Source: an uncultured Candidatus Saccharibacteria bacterium (GTDB lineage: Bacteria; Patescibacteriota; Minisyncoccia; Minisyncoccales; MHMH01). Taken from it: 38,102 bases of DNA. Within the stretch, counting starts at the first letter, position 1; the number at the start of each line of letters is the position of its first letter. Location of the stretch: NCBI GenBank assembly GCA_964472225.1, contig CAYYJV010000002.1:1-38102 (forward strand), read 5' to 3'. This document shows, in pieces, positions 18,533 through 26,479 of the stretch. Under the pieces are notes generated by a model that ran no database searches, was not told the DNA's origin, and worked only from the letters and a program-made list of their open reading frames with translations. The translations under genes and the position numbers were made by a program.

Positions 18533-18883
18533 TTGAAAATTACCGGCTCCAAGGGAGAAATTTTTGCGGACATTCAGAATTTTTATTTCGCTATCTCCGA
18601 TTCAAAAAGAAAAACCATAAAAAAAGGAAATCTTTCTAAATATTTTGCCGAATCTTTCTTGTCCTCCTCCCTTGATTTTAAAAAACCTTTGTTTAAAATT
18701 CCCGGAGCAATGCCTTTTGAAGCAGGCAAAGAAATTCTCTTCATTTTAGATGAAGCCGAATGGAAAAAAGAACCAGCCGGAGAATACCCAAAATATGCTG
18801 TTGGTTCCTCCTTCTCTGAAATAGAAAAAGGTATAGAAAGAAAAAGAATAAATGAAAAAAGTGCCTCGCGAAATAAAAACTGA
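18533..18883 (+). CDS. hypothetical ORF of doubtful coding status
   Basis: 116-aa lysine-rich ORF without a recognisable motif. It overlaps the next gene by 32 nt. Confidence 0.25.
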   Translation: MKITGSKGEIFADIQNFYFAISDSKRKTIKKGNLSKYFAESFLSSSLDFKKPLFKIPGAMPFEAGKEILFILDEAEWKKEPAGEYPKYAVGSSFSEIEKGIERKRINEKSASRNKN

Positions 18884-19229
18884 AAGAGATTTTAACCGAC
18901 CCTGGGGAGGGTTTATTAAGTTTGTTGATAATAAACCCTGTACGGTAAAGGTTCTCTTTATTAAAAAGGGAGGAAGTTTGTCTTTACAATCTCATAAATT
19001 ACGGGAAGAATTTTGGTATATAATTTCTGGAAAAGTGAAAGTAACTACTGGGAAAAATATTAAAAAACTACGGTCTAAAATTTTAACCGAAGGAGAATAT
19101 ATTTTTATTCTCAAAAAATATTTACACCGAGCAGAAGGAATAAACCAAGCAAAAATTTTGGAAATTTCCTTTGGAAGATTTGAAGAAGGCGACGAAATAA
19201 GATACAAAGACAAATACGGAAGAAAATAG
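18852..19229 (+). CDS. cupin-domain protein, type II mannose-6-phosphate isomerase-like
   Basis: 125-aa ORF. RPWGGF...KVLFIKKGGSLSLQSHKLREEFWYIISGKVKV matches the cupin core of the ManC C-terminal/PMI type II family. Confidence 0.72.
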   Translation: MKKVPREIKTERDFNRPWGGFIKFVDNKPCTVKVLFIKKGGSLSLQSHKLREEFWYIISGKVKVTTGKNIKKLRSKILTEGEYIFILKKYLHRAEGINQAKILEISFGRFEEGDEIRYKDKYGRK

Positions 19230-19313
19230 GCCCAGGTGGTGGAATTGGCAGACACGTTAGCTTCAGGAGCTAATGCCAGCAATGGCTTGCGAGTTCGAAT
19301 CTCGCCCTGGGCA
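19230..19313 (+). tRNA. tRNA-Leu (anticodon CAG), class II; no encoded CCA
   Basis: GCCCAGG acceptor stem, anticodon stem-loop TTAGC-TTCAGGA-GCTAA, long variable arm, T arm GCGAG-TTCGAAT-CTCGC, then CCTGGGC-A. Confidence 0.88.
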
Positions 19314-19370
19314 CAATTATTTTAATGTGGGTTTTCACCCCGCACCATTGCTTCACTCAAAATCAAAAAC

Positions 19371-21044
19371 ATGACTAAAAAATCAAATCTCCGAATAATT
19401 CCTTTGGGTGGTCTTGGCGAAGTTGGTCGGAATATGATGCTCTTGGAATATCAAGGGAGGATTTTGATTGTTGATATGGGTCTCAGAATGCCGGAGGAAA
19501 GCATGCCCGGCGTAGATTATATCATACCCAATGTTTCTTACCTTAGAGGCAAAGAAAAAAATATTCTGGGAGTGCTTTTCACTCACGGCCACTACGACCA
19601 CATCGGCGCCATACCCTATTTGGTAGACAAACTGGGCAATCCTCCGCTTTTCGCTTCGGGACTAACCAAGGGTATTATCCTTAAACGTCAGGAGGATTTC
19701 CCCCAAAAACCAAAATTGAAGATTACCACAATCGAAGACGGAAGCAAAATCAGCTTGGGCCCCTTCAGAATTGAATTTTTCAAACAAAACCACAATATTT
19801 CCGATAACTTGGGAATTTTTATGCGGACTCCCGTTGGAAATATCCTGCACACATCTGATTTTAAATTCGATGCGGATCCGGTTTATGATACTCCCACCAA
19901 TTTCCGAAAGCTAAAATCTCTCGGAGATAGAGGCATTCTGCTTTTAATGTCAGATTCTACGGGAGCCGAAGAAGCAAACCACTCGCTTTCCGAAAGAACT
20001 ATCATGAAAAACCTGGAAGAAATATTCAAGCAGTCCAAAGGCAGAATAATAGCTGCCACCTTCGGCTCTCTTATCCACCGCATTCAGCAATTGATCGCTC
20101 TTTCTGAAAAATACGGCAGAAGGGTGGCGGTAGATGGCTACTCCATGAAAAGCAATGTGGAAATCTGCAAAAGGCTGGGATATATTAAATCTCAAAAGGG
20201 TACTTTAATAAAGACTAACCAAATCCAAAATTATCCAGACCAAAAAGTAACCCTGATCTGCACCGGGGCCCAAGGCGAAGGACAGGCGGTTTTGATGAGA
20301 ATTGCCACGGGCCAGCATAGGTTCGTTCATCTGAAAAAGTCAGATACCGTCATCTTTTCTTCCTCGGTGGTGCCGGGCAACGAAAGAACGGTGCAGTTTC
20401 TCAAAGACGAACTTTACCGCCAAAATGCCAAAGTTTTCCATTACAAAATGATGGACATTCATGCCGGAGGCCACGCCCAGCAAGAAGAGTTGAAAGAAAT
20501 GATAAGGATAATGAAGCCGAAGTTCTTTTTGCCGATCCACGGCCAATATTCGATGCTGGTAAATCATGCGGAACTCGCCCGCTCCCAGGGAATTCCCGAA
20601 AAGAATATTGTGGTAGTGGAAAACGGCCAAATTGTCAACTTAACCAGAAATAAAATTTCTGTTGATAAAAAAACCGTCGAATCAAATTATGTCATGGTGG
20701 ACGGCTTGGGAATCGGCGACGTGGGAGAAGTGGTGTTGAGAGATAGACAAACCCTATCAAAAGACGGTATGTTCGTCATTGTGGCCATTGTCGACAGAAA
20801 CACTGGTAAGGTAAAGGGTTCTCCTGATATAATATCAAGAGGGTTCGTTTATCTGCGAGAATCAAAGGGGCTTCTGGCAGAAACCCGCAAAAAAGTAATT
20901 GATATCGTCAATAAGACGGCGGGCTCGGGAGGAGCTGTCAATTGGAGCTATGTTAAAGACAACATCAGAAACAGAATCGGCGACTTCCTCTACGCCAAGA
21001 CCCAGCGAAGGCCAATGGTGTTACCGGTAGTGATAGAAGTGTAG
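19371..21044 (+). CDS. rnj: ribonuclease J (metallo-beta-lactamase / beta-CASP)
   Basis: 557-aa ORF. LRIIPLGGLGEVGRNM, HGHYDHIG motif, beta-CASP region, HASGH-like HAGGHAQQEEL. Confidence 0.9.
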   Translation: MTKKSNLRIIPLGGLGEVGRNMMLLEYQGRILIVDMGLRMPEESMPGVDYIIPNVSYLRGKEKNILGVLFTHGHYDHIGAIPYLVDKLGNPPLFASGLTKGIILKRQEDFPQKPKLKITTIEDGSKISLGPFRIEFFKQNHNISDNLGIFMRTPVGNILHTSDFKFDADPVYDTPTNFRKLKSLGDRGILLLMSDSTGAEEANHSLSERTIMKNLEEIFKQSKGRIIAATFGSLIHRIQQLIALSEKYGRRVAVDGYSMKSNVEICKRLGYIKSQKGTLIKTNQIQNYPDQKVTLICTGAQGEGQAVLMRIATGQHRFVHLKKSDTVIFSSSVVPGNERTVQFLKDELYRQNAKVFHYKMMDIHAGGHAQQEELKEMIRIMKPKFFLPIHGQYSMLVNHAELARSQGIPEKNIVVVENGQIVNLTRNKISVDKKTVESNYVMVDGLGIGDVGEVVLRDRQTLSKDGMFVIVAIVDRNTGKVKGSPDIISRGFVYLRESKGLLAETRKKVIDIVNKTAGSGGAVNWSYVKDNIRNRIGDFLYAKTQRRPMVLPVVIEV

Positions 21045-21090
21045 AAGTATAATAGGGTTTACGACATCACACAATAAACTTCACAATCGT

Positions 21091-22065
21091 ATGAGAATTT
21101 TATCAGGTATTCAGCCAACAGGCTCAATTCATATCGGCGCCTACATCGGTGCTATCTCACAATGGAAGGAACTCCAAGAAATAGGAGAATGCATTTTTTT
21201 TATTGCCGATTTGCACGCTTTAACCATTCCCAGAGATCCTAAAACTTTTTCCAAAGACGTAATGGAAATGGCGGCAGAGCTCCTGGCTTTGGGTATAGAC
21301 CCGGGGAAATGCATACTTTTCGTACAGTCCCAGGTCAAAGAACATACAGAACTCACTTGGATTTTGAACACCCTGACGCCGATGGGAGAACTTGAAAGAA
21401 TGACCCAGTACAAAGAAAAATCCAAAACCTTCAAGCAAAATATCAACGCCGGTCTTTTTGATTATCCGGTTTTGCAGGCGGCCGACATTCTTTTATACCA
21501 AACGGACTCCGTGCCCGTCGGCAAAGACCAACTCCAGCATTTAGAGTTAACCAAAACTCTCGCCCGAAAATTCAATCAAAAATACGGCAAGGTTTTCAAG
21601 GTGCCCGAAGCTATTACTTTGAATGTCGGAGCTAAAATTATGGCTTTGTCGGATCCAAAAAAGAAAATGTCAAAATCCTCCCCCCAATCCTGCCTTTATA
21701 TTTTTGATGAACCGGAAGCAATCAGGAAAAAAGTAATGACAGCCGTCACCGACACCGGAAAAACCGTAAAGTATGACCCGGTCAAGAAACCGGGCATTTC
21801 CAACTTGATAACCATTTACAGTTTGATGAGCTCTAAATCAATAAAGGAAGTCGAAAAGAAATTCGGAGGCAGGGGCTACGCTGACTTTAAAAAACAGCTG
21901 TCAATCTTATTGATCCAAAAATTGGAGCCTTTCCGCCGAAAGAAAAAAGAGCTTCTCTCAAGGGAAGTCTACGTCAAAGAAATATTGGAAAGGGGCAGAA
22001 AGAGGGCCCAAGTCCTCGCCCAATCCACCATGGGTGAGGTCCGCAAAAAAGTGGGCTTAATTTAA
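21091..22065 (+). CDS. trpS: tryptophan--tRNA ligase
   Basis: 324-aa ORF. SGIQPTGSIHIGAYIG (HIGH-type motif), GKDQLQHLELT, KMSKS. Confidence 0.9.
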   Translation: MRILSGIQPTGSIHIGAYIGAISQWKELQEIGECIFFIADLHALTIPRDPKTFSKDVMEMAAELLALGIDPGKCILFVQSQVKEHTELTWILNTLTPMGELERMTQYKEKSKTFKQNINAGLFDYPVLQAADILLYQTDSVPVGKDQLQHLELTKTLARKFNQKYGKVFKVPEAITLNVGAKIMALSDPKKKMSKSSPQSCLYIFDEPEAIRKKVMTAVTDTGKTVKYDPVKKPGISNLITIYSLMSSKSIKEVEKKFGGRGYADFKKQLSILLIQKLEPFRRKKKELLSREVYVKEILERGRKRAQVLAQSTMGEVRKKVGLI

Positions 22066-22085
22066 GAATTTTTAATTTCCAATTT

Positions 22086-23426
22086 TTAATTTTTAGTAAG
22101 AAGAGAGCTTAGTTCTCTTTTCTTTTTTTCCATCATATTCTTCGTCTTGGCTTCAATCACCAGTCTCAAAAATGGCTCAGTATTAGAGGGTCTTGCCAAA
22201 AACCACCAGTCATCATAATCAATCCTGAGGCCGTCTATTTCTAACGGCCGGCCGTCAGTGTAACGGTTCTTGAGTTTCCTCAATGACGCCATTTTGTCTT
22301 TCACTTTGAAGTTAATCTCGCCGGAATGAAAATATTTCCGATAAGGCTTAACCAGTTGAGAAAACGGGGCCTTGCTGGCCTCTTTTAAGATCTTAAGCAA
22401 AACAAAAATGGGCGCTTCGCAAAAATAATGGCCTCTGTAATAATAATGGCCGGAAAACTCACCAGCAAAAATAATATTATCTTTCCTCATCTTTTCCTTG
22501 ATAAAAGAGTGGCCTATCCGGTAAATAACCGGCTGGCCGCCCGCCATTTCAATGGTTTCCCTAACAATGTTGCTGGAACGAATATCGTATAGGATTTTTT
22601 CTCCCGGATGATTTTTTAAAATTAAAGAAGAAAGCATGGCGGTTATCAAATCACCGGAAATAATGTTGCCTTTTTCGTCGACAAAAAGTATCCTATCACC
22701 GTCTCCGTCAAAAGCCACTCCCAGGTCTGCTTTTTTATCTTTTATTTCTTTTTTAAGTATTTTTAAATTTTCTTCTCTTAGCGGGTCGGGCGGATGATTG
22801 GGAAATGTGCCATCGGATCTTTCAAAAAGGTGGTCTATTTTGCAAGGTATTTTTTTTGAAATTTCCGGAATTACCATACCGGATACGGCATTGGCCGTAT
22901 CCACGACTATCTTTAGGGGCTTTAAATTGTCCACCTTTACATTCTTAAAATTAAAGTCCGCGTAGTCTTTGAGGACCGATTTTTCAATAACTTTGCCGCT
23001 GGATTGAGCTGCTTGAAATTCAAGTCCGGCTAATTTTTGAATTTCTCTGATGCCACTTTCTTCACTGAGGGAAATTGCCTTTTCGCGAACCATCTTAAAG
23101 CCATTGTACTGAGCCGGATTGTGAGAAGCGGTTACGATCACTCCCCCATCGTATCCATAGTGAGCCACCGCGAAATAAAACATCGGGGTGGTGGACAAGC
23201 CAATATCAATAACATTGGCTCCCATATCAACCACTCCCCGAATCAAACTTCTATGTAAAGCGGGACTGGAAAGACGATTGTCTCTGGCAATAACGAGTGT
23301 CGCTTTTGGTTTATCCAAAAACTTAACAAAAGCGCGCCCAACCCGATAAGCGGTTTCTTCATTAAGGCTGTGAGGATACACCCCCCTAATGTCATAAGCC
23401 CTGAAAATCTCCGGATTGATTTTCAT
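22086..23426 (-). CDS. phosphomannomutase/phosphoglucomutase
   Basis: 446-aa ORF. Active-site TASHNPAQYNGFK, metal-binding GVAFDGDGDR, GEFSGH sugar-binding loop. Confidence 0.9.
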   Translation of the reverse strand: MKINPEIFRAYDIRGVYPHSLNEETAYRVGRAFVKFLDKPKATLVIARDNRLSSPALHRSLIRGVVDMGANVIDIGLSTTPMFYFAVAHYGYDGGVIVTASHNPAQYNGFKMVREKAISLSEESGIREIQKLAGLEFQAAQSSGKVIEKSVLKDYADFNFKNVKVDNLKPLKIVVDTANAVSGMVIPEISKKIPCKIDHLFERSDGTFPNHPPDPLREENLKILKKEIKDKKADLGVAFDGDGDRILFVDEKGNIISGDLITAMLSSLILKNHPGEKILYDIRSSNIVRETIEMAGGQPVIYRIGHSFIKEKMRKDNIIFAGEFSGHYYYRGHYFCEAPIFVLLKILKEASKAPFSQLVKPYRKYFHSGEINFKVKDKMASLRKLKNRYTDGRPLEIDGLRIDYDDWWFLARPSNTEPFLRLVIEAKTKNMMEKKKRELSSLLTKN

Positions 23427-23451
23427 ATTATATTATTATATCATAAAATAT

Positions 23452-24312
23452 ATGTCTTTTTCAGTGGGTATTGTCGGTTTGCCGAACGTCGGCAAATCCA
23501 CGCTTTTCAAAGCATTGACCAAAAGACAGGTAGATATTGCCGATTATCCTTTCACTACCATCAACCCCAACGTGGGAGTGGTTCAAGTTCCTGACGAAAG
23601 ATTGGAAAAAATAGCAGAAACGGTAAAACCCGAAAAAGTAACCCCCACCGTTATTGAATTCGTAGATATTGCAGGATTGGTAAAAAACGCTCACAAGGGC
23701 GAAGGTCTGGGAAACCAGTTTCTGGCCCAAATCAGGAATTGCGACGCCATTCTGGAGGTAGTTAAAGCTTTCGGCGAAAACCCCACCCCGGAAGAAGATA
23801 TTGAAACTATCAGAATTGAACTGGAAATGAAAGACCTGGAATCTAAGGAAAAAGAAAATCTTCTTTCCCAAAAACCCATCGTATTTTTATATAATACTAA
23901 TAACGGGAACGACGGTAATGAAACGGGACCGAACCGCATTTCATTAAATCTAAAGTTGGAGGAGGAAATTTCGGAATTGTCAGAAGAGGAAAAAAAAGAA
24001 TTAGGGGTAAAATCGCAGCTTGACCAACTGATTGTCGCTTGCTACAATATTCTTGATTTAATAACTTTCTATACTATCACCGGCGGAAAAGAAAGCAGGG
24101 CCTGGACCATAAAGAAGGGGGCTTTGGCTCCCGAAGCCGGAGGCAGGGTCCATTCCGATTTTAAAGAAAAATTCATCAAAGCCGAAGTCATTCCTTGGCA
24201 GAAATTGGTGGAAGCGGGAAGCTGGCAAAAAGCCAGAGAAAGGGGTTGGATAAAAACTTGTGGCCGAGATTACATAGTGCAGGATGGCGATGTGATAGAA
24301 TTCAAAATATAA
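23452..24312 (+). CDS. ychF: redox-regulated ATPase YchF (shortened helical insert)
   Basis: The start was moved to the ATG giving [19 protein letters not shown] (P-loop). C-terminal TGS-like [26 protein letters not shown]-type segment. 286 aa is shorter than the roughly 360 aa I recall as usual. Confidence 0.85.
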   Translation: [286 protein letters not shown]

Positions 24313-24335
24313 AAATTTTATGAAATAAAATTTTG

Positions 24336-24402
24336 GGTTTCTCCCGTGTAGGAAAACAGATCGCTGAAGGCGACCGCTAGAAGAGAAGAGTCGGGGGAAA
24401 CC
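24336..24402 (+). promoter_or_regulatory. structured rpsF 5' leader (candidate S6:S18 autoregulatory element)
   Basis: 11-bp closing helix GGTTTCTCCCG (24336-24346) / CGGGGGAAACC (24392-24402, one G-U). It sequesters the purine-rich SD-like GGGGGAA just upstream of the rpsF start. Confidence 0.35.
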
Positions 24403-24404
24403 TT

Positions 24405-25183
<779 letters not shown>

Positions 25184-25185
25184 AT

Positions 25186-25386
25186 ATGACCGATTGTTTT
25201 TTCTGCAAAAAGAATATTCAAGAAATTGATTTCAAAAACACGGCGCAGCTTAAACGCTTCATTTCTGGCTTAGGTAAAATCCGACCCAGAAAAAAAACCG
25301 GCCTCTGTGCTAAACACCAGAGACGGTTATCTAAAGCTATCAAGAGAGCCAGACATTTAGGCCTTCTCTCCGCTACCAGCAAGTAA
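25186..25386 (+). CDS. rpsR: 30S ribosomal protein S18
   Basis: 66-aa [16 protein letters not shown]...[36 protein letters not shown]. Canonical rpsF-ssb-rpsR order. Confidence 0.92.
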   Translation: MTDCFFCKKNIQEIDFKNTAQLKRFISGLGKIRPRKKTGLCAKHQRRLSKAIKRARHLGLLSATSK

Positions 25387-26364
25387 GGTCTTTTTTATCT
25401 GCTCTGCTATTTTCGGATTTTCCTTGAGGAATTTTCTAGCCCCTTCAAGACCTTGTCCCAATTTTGTGTTTTCATACTGGAACCAGCTTCCGGTCTTTTT
25501 TATTACTCCCTCTTTCAACCCCAAATTCACCAAATCGGCAAAATACGAAATGCCTTCATTATAATAAATATCGAACTCGGCTATCTTGAATGGAGGAGCC
25601 ACTTTGTTTTTTACGATTTTGGCTTTAACTCTGGAGCCTATGATATTTTCCCCCTGCTTGATTTGAGCGATTCTTCTCAAATCAATTCTGACGGAAGCGT
25701 AAAATTTCAAAGCTAAACCGCCGGGCGTAGTCTCCGGATTACCGAACATCACTCCTATTTTCATTCTGGTTTGGTTCAGGAACACAACGGAGGTTTTGGT
25801 TTGAGCCACGATGCCTGTCAGCTTTCTCAAAGCCTGAGACATCAGCCTCGCCTGAAGACCTATGAACTGATCTCCCATCTCTCCGGCGATTTCCGATTTG
25901 GGAGTCAAAGCCGCCACCGAATCGATTACAATAACGTCTACCTTGCCAGACCTAACCAAAGTTTCCACAATTTGTAGGGCTTGCTCGCCCGAATCCGGCT
26001 GAGAAATAAGGAGGTCTTCTATTTTCACTCCGATTCTCCTGGCGTAATCCGGGTCCAAGGCGTGTTCCGCGTCAACGAAAGCCGCCACGCCGCCTCTTTT
26101 TTGAGCTTCAGCACAAATATGCAAAGCCAAAGTTGACTTGCCCGAAGCTTCGGGGCCGTAAATCTCAATAACTCTTCCTCGGGGAATGCCACCTACCCCC
26201 AAGGCCAAATCCAAAGAAATAGACCCTGTCGGAATAACATCAACGTCAACCGCCCTCACCTCATTTAACTTCATGATGGCGCCTTCTCCAAATCTTTGCT
26301 TGATTTCGGCTATCGCCTCCTGTAAATCTCCTGATTCTGGTTTTGATTTTTTTTGCTTAGCCAT
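25357..26364 (-). CDS. recA: recombinase RecA
   Basis: 335-aa ORF. Walker [17 protein letters not shown] and [10 protein letters not shown], with L1/L2 loop regions conserved. The 3' end overlaps the rpsR 3' end by 30 nt (convergent). Confidence 0.96.
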   Translation of the reverse strand: MAKQKKSKPESGDLQEAIAEIKQRFGEGAIMKLNEVRAVDVDVIPTGSISLDLALGVGGIPRGRVIEIYGPEASGKSTLALHICAEAQKRGGVAAFVDAEHALDPDYARRIGVKIEDLLISQPDSGEQALQIVETLVRSGKVDVIVIDSVAALTPKSEIAGEMGDQFIGLQARLMSQALRKLTGIVAQTKTSVVFLNQTRMKIGVMFGNPETTPGGLALKFYASVRIDLRRIAQIKQGENIIGSRVKAKIVKNKVAPPFKIAEFDIYYNEGISYFADLVNLGLKEGVIKKTGSWFQYENTKLGQGLEGARKFLKENPKIAEQIKKTLLAGSGEKA

Positions 26365-26370
26365 AAACTT

Positions 26371-26379
26371 ATTATATCA
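26371..26379 (-). promoter_or_regulatory. extended -10 element TGaTATAAT 6 nt upstream of the recA ATG
   Basis: The minus strand reads ...tattTTGATATAATaagtttATG. There is no SD between the -10 and the start. Confidence 0.45.
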
Positions 26380-26384
26380 AAATA

Positions 26385-26411
26385 ACAAATTACAAACCAC
26401 AAATTACAAAC
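26385..26411. repeat. two tandem 13-nt direct repeats (minus strand GTTTGTAATTTGT) over the -35 region of the putative recA promoter
   Basis: ACAAATTACAAAC at 26385-26397 and 26399-26411, period 14. Confidence 0.7.
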
Positions 26412-26479
26412 TGTTGGGAATTTTGGTCATTTGGTCATTGCTGGTGGTTTAGGATTTGCGATTTGGGATTTTAATATCT

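Noticed and set aside
21045-21090. T-box or other riboswitch upstream of trpS
   Set aside because: Only 46 nt are available, far shorter than a T-box leader. Only a TATAAT hexamer is visible.
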